This document shows positions 1 through 5,947 of a stretch of DNA of 8,594 nucleotides, piece after piece. The DNA comes from a virus. Its lineage: Duplodnaviria > Heunggongvirae > Uroviricota > Caudoviricetes. Where the stretch lies: IMG/VR virus record IMGVR_UViG_2740892431_000003; one strand, 5' to 3'. The notes beneath the pieces were generated by a model, which did not search any database, was not told the origin of the DNA, and worked only from the letters and a program-made list of their open reading frames with translations. A program made the translations under genes and the position numbers. Each line of letters begins with the position of its first letter. Position 1 is the first letter of the stretch.

Positions 1-344
1 AAGGGCGCGTGCGCTATCCACTTTTTTGCCCGTCCATATTCAACGGCTTCTTTGAGGAGTTCATTTTCCATCGTTTTCTTGCCGAGCAGGCGCTGGAGTT
101 CTTTAATCTGCTTCATGGCGGCAGCAAGTTCAGAGGCAGGAACAACCTGTTCTCCGGCGGCGACAGCAGTAAGACTTCCTTCCTGGTATTGCTTACGCCA
201 GAGAAATAACTGGCTGGCTGCTACACCATGTTGCCGGGCAACGAGGGAGACCGTCATCCCCGGTTCAAAGCTCTGCTGAACAATTGCGATCTTTTCCTGT
301 GTGGTACGCCGTCTGCGTTTCTCCGGTCCTAAGACATCAATCAT
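1..344 (-). CDS. insC: IS2 transposase OrfA (InsC), first ~114 codons; 3' end lies off-window
   Basis: Minus-strand translation from ATG at 344-342 gives [114 protein letters not shown], which matches IS2 InsC from memory. The ORF track missed it because it runs off the window edge. Confidence 0.85.
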
Positions 345-435
345 CTGCTCTCCAATGACTAGTCTAAAAACTAGTATTAAGACTATCACTTAAATAAGTG
401 ATACTGGTTGTCTGGAGATTCAGGGGGCCAGTCTA
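1..435 (-). mobile_element. IS2 (IS3 family) insertion sequence, partial: terminal inverted repeat plus 5' part of orfA; element continues beyond window start
   Basis: Reverse complement of 395-435 reads TAGACTGGCCCCCTGAATCTCCAGACAACC, matching the IS2 terminus as I recall it; orfA (InsC) starts 90 bp inside. The element boundary at 435/436 coincides with the abrupt start of integrase-like coding sequence. Confidence 0.85.
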
Positions 436-747
436 CAAATCGACAGAACGGTGAAAATAATAAATGAAGATGGTGAGCATATTCAGGGCTTCACCGTACA
501 CGATATGCGCCGTACAGCCAGTACGTTGTTGCATGAGGCTGGTTATCCTTCAGACTGGATTGAAAAGGCTCTGGCACATGAGCAGAAAGGTGTGCGCGCC
601 GTATATAACAAAGCGGAATACGCCAGACAGCGCGCCTACATGTTGCAGCAGTGGGCCGATATGATTGATTCATGGATTGACGGGGAGCATACGGATCTGA
701 TTCCGTTCTCCCCGTCGAAGTTTGAGAAGTGGATGGCGGGGGAATAA
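436..747 (+). pseudogene. int: 3' fragment (C-terminal ~103 aa) of a P4-family tyrosine integrase, truncated by the IS2 insertion
   Basis: In-frame translation from 436 gives QIDRTVKIINEDGEHIQGFTVHDMRRTASTLLHEAGYPSDWIEKALAHEQKGVRAVYNKAEYARQRAYMLQQWADMIDSWIDGEH... This carries the HxxR box and the C-terminal catalytic Tyr region (VRAVYNKAEY) typical of P4/CP4-57-type integrases. The frame is open right up to the IS2 end and has no ATG start (only an internal GTG at 451); ~300 N-terminal codons are missing. Confidence 0.75.
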
Positions 748-750
748 CGT

Positions 751-945
751 TTAATAGTTCTGCTGATTTTCTTCCATCTCTGCTTCTGCTGCCAGTGATT
801 CAATTTTGTTTTCGAATATTGCTGACAGTGTTGCAAATTCAGCATCAGTGACAGCGGGAATTGGAACAAACCTGATCCCGCTGTGTGCAAGCATGTTTGC
901 AGTTTCAAGGCATTTTCTTAAATCTGCTGGTGATGCCCTGTTCAT
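751..945 (-). CDS. hypothetical small protein (64 aa), last gene of the leftward operon
   Basis: ATG at 945-943 overlaps the methyltransferase stop codon (ATGA arrangement), implying translational coupling. Translation MNRASPADLRKCLETANMLAHSGIRFVPIPAVTDAEFATLSAIFENKIESLAAEAEMEENQQNY. Stop at 751-753 is 3 nt from the convergent integrase stop. No recognisable family. Confidence 0.4.
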   Translation of the reverse strand: MNRASPADLRKCLETANMLAHSGIRFVPIPAVTDAEFATLSAIFENKIESLAAEAEMEENQQNY

Positions 946-1592
946 GCAGCACGCTCCCGCCCCTGGATGTCTGTTGGTGACAGCGGAGCATTGCTGAATG
1001 CATTTGTTAATCCGCCAATATCCAACGCGTATCCAGGGTGTAGTTGCACTGCCGGGTCTTCGCACTGATTACCCCAAACATCAAAGCCATGAGACGTCTG
1101 GCGGGCGAACAGTTCAATGCGAGAAACATCGCCTAATAATTGCACAAGTTTTTCACGAACGATATCTGGCTTTCTTGAATGCTCAAGCCGCGGTGCGGTA
1201 AATGACTGAACGATCCCTGCATTAATGCGCGTAGGTAGTTTTCCCTTTACCGCAAACAGGCAATCTTCACTATTGGCGCGAGTCATGTGTCCCATACCCA
1301 TAACCAGTTTATCTGGTTGTCGACTACCACATTTTATCCACGTGAAGCCCTTCATCGTCATCAGACGGAATCCCCAGGCTTCAACAACTTTTAGTGCTTC
1401 GAGTGGTTGTGTTGGCACCCACCACATGGCCAACAGACAGTTTTCATCGGCCAAATCCCACACAGGAAGGCGGCAGATATCCAGCACACTCATAACCGGA
1501 TATTTAAAACCGGCACCGCGATTACCATCTGCGGCTTTGTCCCGGTATACCCAGGGTGGATCTGCATAGATTAGTGTGTATTTCTTAGTCAT
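942..1592 (-). CDS. MT-A70 family DNA N6-adenine methyltransferase (phage orphan methylase)
   Basis: N-terminus MTKKYTLIYADPPWVYRDK...KYPVMSVLDICRLPVWDLADENCLLAMWW has the DPPW catalytic motif and the layout of phage MT-A70/Dam-like methylases. The start could be the ATG at 1592 or the GTG at 1604; the 1592 ATG overlaps the upstream ORF's stop (ATGACTAA). Confidence 0.8.
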   Translation of the reverse strand: MTKKYTLIYADPPWVYRDKAADGNRGAGFKYPVMSVLDICRLPVWDLADENCLLAMWWVPTQPLEALKVVEAWGFRLMTMKGFTWIKCGSRQPDKLVMGMGHMTRANSEDCLFAVKGKLPTRINAGIVQSFTAPRLEHSRKPDIVREKLVQLLGDVSRIELFARQTSHGFDVWGNQCEDPAVQLHPGYALDIGGLTNAFSNAPLSPTDIQGRERAA

Positions 1593-1884
1593 AAACCACC
1601 CCACAACATCCTATGCCGCTATAGTCGCCACGGCGAAGGCCGTTACCTTTTGTGATACATTGGTCCCTGCGAACCGCGATCCTTGCACGTTCAACATCAC
1701 CAGAAGCAACATCCATACACTGAAGCCAAAGGTGAGCGGCAATGCGGAATTGCCCTTTTTTCTCTCTTTCAATCGCGCGTTTTTCGATCTCTATCGCCGC
1801 AGGAGTAACGGCGACAATCTTTGACGGACTGCGCATTGAAACCTTATTCATGTGATATTTTTCAAGTCGGCTTAACTTTCTCAC
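1585..1884 (-). CDS. hypothetical protein (~99 aa; start uncertain, GTG at 1884 or internal ATGs)
   Basis: Minus-strand ORF co-directional with the operon; its stop overlaps the methyltransferase start. The sequence looks protein-like (…KIVAVTPAAIEIEKRAIEREKKGQFRIAAHLWLQ…) but I do not recognise a family. Confidence 0.4.
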   Translation of the reverse strand: MRKLSRLEKYHMNKVSMRSPSKIVAVTPAAIEIEKRAIEREKKGQFRIAAHLWLQCMDVASGDVERARIAVRRDQCITKGNGLRRGDYSGIGCCGVVYD

Positions 1885-1993
1885 TTAATCCAACCCTCTC
1901 TGAAAATTAATGCCAGCAGATAAAGCCATGCTGAAACAGAGGCCAGGAATAAGTACCATCCTGACCATTTGCTCCAGTGCCTTAGCAGCGCAC

Positions 1994-2242
1994 TCATGCA
2001 GCGTTGCTCACGGGACGATATACACGTTGCTGAACAGGAGGCTTTTTACCCTGGAACTCTGCCGGGCTTGCTGCCTGACGTTCATCAAGCCAACGCTCAA
2101 CTTCATCACGGTTCCATGCGCAGCGTTTATCGGTGATATACCAGCGTTTAGGAAATTCCCCTGCGCGCTCCATACGGTCGATAGTGCTCCATGACAGTGG
2201 CACCACCGCCAGGAGTTCTTTCTTACCTAATGCACCTTTCAT
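1994..2242 (-). CDS. AlpA/excisionase-like HTH DNA-binding protein (Phage_AlpA family-like)
   Basis: MKGALGKKELLAVVPLSWSTIDRMERAGEFPKRWYITDKRCAWNRDEVERWLDER fits the AlpA/Xis pattern (L..V..S.STI.R....G.FP......W...EVE.WL). RBS AGAGAGG sits 6 nt upstream of the ATG. Confidence 0.6.
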   Translation of the reverse strand: MKGALGKKELLAVVPLSWSTIDRMERAGEFPKRWYITDKRCAWNRDEVERWLDERQAASPAEFQGKKPPVQQRVYRPVSNAA

Positions 2243-2264
2243 GAATACCTCTCTTGGTTGCAGT

Positions 2265-2283
2265 GCGGCGCACGTGGCGCCGC
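2265..2283 (-). other. GC-rich perfect hairpin (GCGGCGC-acgtg-GCGCCGC) with no U-tract, in the recT-alpA intercistronic space
   Basis: 7-bp all-GC inverted repeat with a 5-nt loop, seen directly. No T-run on either strand, so it is not a canonical intrinsic terminator. Confidence 0.3.
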
Positions 2284-2291
2284 GGTGGTGG

Positions 2292-3314
2292 TTACTCGAA
2301 TTCTGGACGCATATCGTTAAGCGTCATCATGAATTTTTGGTGATATTCATCACCGAGCTTTTCAGCCATGGTGTTAATTTCATTTTCAGCGCGCTTGAAC
2401 ATCGTTTTTGCATCTTCAGCAGATGGATCCAGGCTATTAAGTATCGCGATGATATATTCTCGAGCTTCTTCTCGTTCTGAATCTGAAATTGGCGACAGGT
2501 GTTGACGCTCATCGTCAACTACGGAATATTCACCAGTGATAACAGCTGCGTTATCTTGGCTAAGTCCAGCTTCAGCGCGCTCATCCATAACAACAGCCTT
2601 CTGCATTTCAATAGAAACAGGAAGATATTTGAACAGTCGGCGAATTACTGTTTTTTTAGCCATCTCATCGAAGTGATCAACCCATGGGCCACTGCTACCG
2701 GCTTTGCTCAGTGCACGAACTTTCTCAACGTCTGCCCGGCTCATAACTTCAAATTGGACTCCGCCATCTTTCAGTCGTGCAACGGCGTAAACGTGCGTTA
2801 ATTCTCCGCGGTCACCTGTTTCGCAAGGTAAATGCTCGAGCGTTTCTTCCAGGCCGTATGAGTAGCTGAATTTGTCGTTTGTATGTACGGTACGAGCCGA
2901 GATACTCAGGATCTGCCCAGAGCGGCGGGCAAGGTCAATCATTCCGCGATAGCCGATAATCAGCTGTGCTTCTGTAGATACGGTTTCCCATCTTCCATTT
3001 ACTTTCTGGCGTTTGTCGAACGGTATCAGGTAAGCGTGTCCAAGAGCTCCGCCTGGTTCAAGACCCAATTGGGCACATTGCATAATTGCCCCCAGGAAGC
3101 TGGCTTGGTCGCATGATGCAAGTTTTGGAACCTTTCTGATCTCTGTGGTTGCTATGCGCGCCAGACGGTCTGCTGTCATGTGCTTTGGAAGTGCCAAAGC
3201 CATCTGAGCTTTAATTTTTGGGTCTGCCAGAAGTCCGGCCAGAGTTGTTGGTTTCTCATTATGATGTGCAACTTGGTTACCGGTAGCCGCTGCCTTAAGT
3301 GCATTGATAGACAT
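2292..3314 (-). CDS. recT: RecT-family single-strand annealing protein
   Basis: Strong resemblance to Rac RecT: ...MTADRLARIATTEIRKVPKLASCD...AQLGLEPGGALGHAYLIPF...LIIGYRGMIDLARRSGQI...THVYAVARLKDGGVQFEVMSR...GPWVDHFDEMAKKTVIRRLFKYLPVSIEMQKAV. RBS AGGAGA precedes the ATG. Confidence 0.9.
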   Translation of the reverse strand: MSINALKAAATGNQVAHHNEKPTTLAGLLADPKIKAQMALALPKHMTADRLARIATTEIRKVPKLASCDQASFLGAIMQCAQLGLEPGGALGHAYLIPFDKRQKVNGRWETVSTEAQLIIGYRGMIDLARRSGQILSISARTVHTNDKFSYSYGLEETLEHLPCETGDRGELTHVYAVARLKDGGVQFEVMSRADVEKVRALSKAGSSGPWVDHFDEMAKKTVIRRLFKYLPVSIEMQKAVVMDERAEAGLSQDNAAVITGEYSVVDDERQHLSPISDSEREEAREYIIAILNSLDPSAEDAKTMFKRAENEINTMAEKLGDEYHQKFMMTLNDMRPEFE

Positions 3315-3323
3315 TTTTTCTCC

Positions 3324-4223
3324 TTACTTCATTCTGAAGACGCGTTGTGTCGTTGTTGTTTTGAATTTTTCGAATAACTCAGGGTGTACTGACTGGAATA
3401 GCTTCTGGTCGAATCTGTTGCTGATCTGAGATTTCCATGTGCAGAGCGGCTTTCCGTCCAGGGTCAGGACTGAGTGCTCTTGCATGTACATCTTCAGCTT
3501 CTCTTCTGATATAGCTATTTCTTCTTCCAGTGATTTTCTGCGTGATTTCATGTCTCGTAGATCGTTGAATAGTGCGAGTGCCTTTCCGTCAGCCTCGATA
3601 CTTGTCCCGGCATCTTTCTCAAACATCAGCGATACATCGCTTACGCTGGTAGCTTCCGGCGGGTTAAGATTTTTCACTCGGTCCCAGAAAGCGATTTCTT
3701 TTTCTAAGATCGCCTGGATAGTTTCTTCATCACGCTCAACCCGATAGATTCGGAAGTCGTCGCCACCGATAAGCACACCGAAAACGCATACCTGTTTGTT
3801 TGTAACCATCAACCCGTGCATGGCCTGGGCCGTGTAATGCACAGGAATTGCATCTGTCTGGATTTCTCCCCATTCTTTGGCTTTGAACGGACTAACTGTT
3901 TTGATCTCAATGTTCTCGCCTGACGCTGCTTCTGCATCGATCTCAGCTGCAATAAAATCGTAATCACGGTGGATATAGCGGTTTCCGCGATGAACGATTT
4001 CCATCCCTGTTTCCTCAGAAAGCAGGTCTATTACGTATGGCTCCATACGCTGGCCACGCGTGAAAACTTTCTGCTTGCTTGGGTCTACTGGTTTGACACG
4101 TGGCTGGACCTTATCCAGATAAACCTCAAGCGGGGTGCGCCATGGGCTAATTCCAAGAATCCCTGCAACATCGCTTCCTCCGATGTATTTTGTTCTATCC
4201 ATGATTCCAGCGTTCCGCATCAT
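3324..4223 (-). CDS. YqaJ-like (lambda Exo-like) 5'-3' exonuclease, recombination partner of RecT
   Basis: Sits immediately upstream of recT in the same operon. The N-terminal region (…YIGGSDVAGILGISPWRTPLEVY…, later …YYTAQAMHGLMVTNK…) fits the YqaJ viral recombinase fold. ATGA overlap with the upstream gene's stop; an internal ATG 21 nt downstream is an alternative start. Confidence 0.8.
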   Translation of the reverse strand: MMRNAGIMDRTKYIGGSDVAGILGISPWRTPLEVYLDKVQPRVKPVDPSKQKVFTRGQRMEPYVIDLLSEETGMEIVHRGNRYIHRDYDFIAAEIDAEAASGENIEIKTVSPFKAKEWGEIQTDAIPVHYTAQAMHGLMVTNKQVCVFGVLIGGDDFRIYRVERDEETIQAILEKEIAFWDRVKNLNPPEATSVSDVSLMFEKDAGTSIEADGKALALFNDLRDMKSRRKSLEEEIAISEEKLKMYMQEHSVLTLDGKPLCTWKSQISNRFDQKLFQSVHPELFEKFKTTTTQRVFRMK

Positions 4224-4519
4224 GCCGCGTCCCTCTGCCCATCAAGCTGATCCGCCAGATCCCAGCGCGCTATAATTGCCATTGCCTCGCGCCGGTAGGC
4301 ATCCATCAGTTCTTCGAACTCAGGGCTGTCTTTAGCAGCCTCCAGCACTTCCTGACGAACGCCTTTGCCTGTTACAACGTCGAAAGTTGAGGACAGTTGA
4401 TGAAGTCGGATGCTCTCAATCAGTTCAACTTGTCGGTCATATAGCTGTTCTGACAGGCGGTAGTCCTTGTCGAATGCCAGCATGATTTTTTGAAGATTTT
4501 TCTGCTGATTAACGTTCAT
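4220..4519 (-). CDS. hypothetical protein (100 aa), second gene of the leftward operon
   Basis: Strong RBS GGGAGGG 6 nt upstream of ATG 4519; its stop overlaps the exonuclease start. Translation MNVNQQKNLQKIMLAFDKDYRLSEQLYDRQVELIESIRLHQLSSTFDVVTGKGVRQEVLEAAKDSPEFEELMDAYRREAMAIIARWDLADQLDGQRDAA. No family recognised. Confidence 0.5.
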   Translation of the reverse strand: MNVNQQKNLQKIMLAFDKDYRLSEQLYDRQVELIESIRLHQLSSTFDVVTGKGVRQEVLEAAKDSPEFEELMDAYRREAMAIIARWDLADQLDGQRDAA

Positions 4520-4521
4520 TA

Positions 4522-4674
4522 TCAGCCCTCCCATATCTCGTTATCGTTGGCTACATCGCGAGCTTCTTTGCTGACGAAAGCCCACTTAATGCCTTCCTGT
4601 AAGGTGCGGAACTTCCAGCTCATGAATCCGCATGCAGTAACGCAGTACCAACCGTTGATGATTTTCCACTGCAT
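4522..4674 (-). CDS. small Trp/Cys-rich protein (50 aa), promoter-proximal gene of the leftward operon; absent from the ORF track (below length cutoff)
   Basis: Hand translation: MQWKIINGWYCVTACGFMSWKFRTLQEGIKWAFVSKEARDVANDNEIWEG. RBS GAGGT lies 9 nt upstream of the ATG, and the stop TGA sits 2 nt before the next gene's ATG. It occupies the position of lambda N/cIII/kil-type small early genes. Confidence 0.4.
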   Translation of the reverse strand: MQWKIINGWYCVTACGFMSWKFRTLQEGIKWAFVSKEARDVANDNEIWEG

Positions 4675-4692
4675 AACTTGTTACCTCGGTCT

Positions 4693-4771
4693 GTTACCGT
4701 TGAGGTAATAATTATGCGTATTTGGTTTGATGTCAATAGATATGAGTTAAAAAAATTACCCATTAGGTAAT
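4693..4771 (-). promoter_or_regulatory. Leftward early promoter (pL-like) with two flanking 17-bp palindromic operators (OL)
   Basis: Operators GTTACCgttgaGGTAAT (4693-4709) and ATTACCcattaGGTAAT (4755-4771). On the minus strand a -35 TTGACA (complement of 4731-4736) is followed ~17 bp later by an AT-rich -10 (AATTAT) that overlaps the 4693-4709 operator. Confidence 0.5.
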
Positions 4772-4780
4772 AGTATAGGC

Positions 4781-4805
4781 AATAAAAAAGCCGCCAGAAG
4801 GCGGC
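4781..4805 (-). terminator. Rho-independent terminator downstream of the repressor gene
   Basis: Minus-strand RNA would form GCCGCC-UUCU-GGCGGC followed by UUUUUUAUU (plus strand 4781-4805 reads aataaaaaaGCCGCCagaaGGCGGC). Confidence 0.7.
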
Positions 4806-4827
4806 TTACTTACTGAAAAGTATGATT

Positions 4828-5412
4828 TTATTGTTTGTTTTTTTCGTTCTGGTTGATGACAAATTCAATGTAACTTTCGATCTTTGCTTTCTCGGTTTCG
4901 GGTAACAATGCGTAGCGCGAGCGGTCATAGTTGATGGTCGCAGGGTCGTGCGGGTGAATCAGTAATTCATAGCCGTGACGCCCGAATGCGGATGCAACAT
5001 TCTCCAGGGTGGAAATGGAAACGCTGACCTCATTGTTTAACAGGCGACTGATTGTCACCTGGGCGACGCCGGATGCGCGGTGAAGTTTTCCCTGCGTTGA
5101 AAGGTCGCGGCTTTCGCTCATCCAGCGTTCCAGGTTGTGAGCCGCCAGCTGACCAATGTCGCTTGGGCCGACAGGCTGAAAACCTTCCTGAGAAAGCGAG
5201 CGATCGATATCAAGCCAGTTACGGGGTTTATTGGCGGCAGCTTCAATTTTTCGTGCAACCTGGTCGCCGATAACCTTCTTGCCAAGAGCCCAGCGGTTTA
5301 CCAGATTTGCCTGAGTTCCAAGTTTTTCTGCCATCCGCGTCTGAACACCATTGAATTCACGGTCGATCAAGTCGTTGAGATTTTGCCTGCGGACGTCCTG
5401 GATACTTTTCAT
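4828..5412 (-). CDS. Prophage repressor (CI-like role) with two tandem XRE-type HTH domains and no S24 peptidase domain
   Basis: First HTH roughly …VQTRMAEKLGTQANLVNRWALGKKVIGDQVARKIEAAANKPRNWLD; second roughly …LHRASGVAQVTISRLLNNEVSVSISTLENVASAFG. Placed between the divergent operator-bearing promoters, followed by its own terminator. The C-terminus has no Ser/Lys peptidase motifs. Confidence 0.7.
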   Translation of the reverse strand: MKSIQDVRRQNLNDLIDREFNGVQTRMAEKLGTQANLVNRWALGKKVIGDQVARKIEAAANKPRNWLDIDRSLSQEGFQPVGPSDIGQLAAHNLERWMSESRDLSTQGKLHRASGVAQVTISRLLNNEVSVSISTLENVASAFGRHGYELLIHPHDPATINYDRSRYALLPETEKAKIESYIEFVINQNEKNKQ

Positions 5413-5466
5413 TTTCTGGAAAATCGCCTCATATATGAATCAGTAGATGATTCAATTTAAAGCAAT

Positions 5467-5531
5467 ATTACCCAACAGGTAAATGCACCTCATAGGTAAC
5501 TATCCTTGATTTTTGTTACCTTATGGGTGAA
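5467..5531. promoter_or_regulatory. Immunity-region operators (OR) in the divergent promoter region between the repressor and the Cro-like gene
   Basis: ATTACCcaacaGGTAAA (5467-5483), abutting weaker site TGCACCtcataGGTAAC (5484-5500), and GTTACCttatgGGTGAA (5515-5531). A candidate -35 TTGATT (5505-5510) for the rightward promoter sits just upstream of the third site. Confidence 0.55.
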
Positions 5532-5566
5532 TATTTATTATCTGAAATAAATATCAGGCAATAGCT

Positions 5567-5797
5567 ATGAGCGATAACGGACATTTCGATTTCAAAAAGC
5601 ACTGGCTTGCACTTACTCCGGATGAGCGTGAAGCCTTCGCACAGGAAGCCGGAACGACGAGTCACTATATCCAGACTCACTTAACAGGTAAGCGCAAAAT
5701 GCCAGGTAAGGTATTGATGAATGGGCTTTTTAAAGCCTGTAAAACAAGACAATGGCTGCGCTCAAAAGCAGAACTGGCATACTTCTTCTACTCATGA
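5567..5797 (+). CDS. Cro-like small DNA-binding regulator (putative), first rightward gene
   Basis: 76 aa, divergent from the repressor, immediately downstream of the operator cluster and followed by a terminator. The call is positional plus a weak HTH-like segment (LTPDEREAFAQEAGTTSHYIQTHLTGKR); the family assignment is tentative. Confidence 0.5.
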   Translation: MSDNGHFDFKKHWLALTPDEREAFAQEAGTTSHYIQTHLTGKRKMPGKVLMNGLFKACKTRQWLRSKAELAYFFYS

Positions 5798-5819
5798 TAT
5801 CCAGCTACAACCCTCTGTA

Positions 5820-5844
5820 GACCGCCACCCGGCGGTCTTTTCAT
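5820..5844 (+). terminator. Rho-independent terminator after the Cro-like gene (tR1-like position)
   Basis: GACCGCC-accc-GGCGGTC stem-loop (5820-5837) followed by TTTTCAT. Confidence 0.55.
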
Positions 5845-5947
5845 ATCTATTCGTACCTCAAAGGTAATAAAAAACCAAATCTGGTTGATCTTTTTTTTGT
5901 GTCAGCACAAAATGACCGTAACCCCAATACTAATAGCAGGGCTTACC

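Noticed and set aside
9-279. Plus-strand ORFs 9-209 and 52-279
   Set aside because: They are antisense to the IS2 insC coding sequence, which is confidently identified on the minus strand; antisense frame artefacts.
464-908. ORFs 464-664 (+), 491-673 (-) and 636-908 (-)
   Set aside because: They overlap the integrase fragment or the 64-aa coupled ORF in other frames or strands, with no RBS or operon logic.
1885-1968. Possible 27-aa hydrophobic peptide ORF (MVRMVLIPGLCFSMALSAGINFQRGLD) on the minus strand
   Set aside because: Too short to call with confidence; only a short-spaced GGAG upstream. Mentioned under the methyltransferase finding as something to check with Ribo-seq.
1576-2194. Plus-strand ORFs 1576-1824 and 1910-2194
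   Set aside because: Antisense to minus-strand genes that fit the operon direction and show translational coupling; their sequence looks low-complexity and non-protein-like.
3324-3620. C-terminal ~100 aa of the exonuclease as a possible fused extra domain
   Set aside because: YqaJ-family exonucleases are commonly around 300 aa, so the length alone is not evidence of a fusion; it would need a domain search.
2133-4250. Plus-strand ORFs overlapping recT and the exonuclease (2133-2480, 2499-2801, 2883-3116, 3180-3377, 3439-3747, 3969-4250) and minus ORF 2327-2518
   Set aside because: All lie antisense to or out of frame with the confidently identified RecT and exonuclease genes.
5425-5440. TCATATATGA palindrome in the repressor-proximal part of the immunity region
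   Set aside because: It is not the recurring ATTACC-N5-GGTAAT motif and occurs once; it may be part of the repressor's own promoter or a Cro-like site, but there is not enough evidence to call it.
5052-5460. Plus-strand ORFs 5052-5273 and 5137-5460 inside the repressor gene
   Set aside because: Antisense to the repressor CDS; no independent support.
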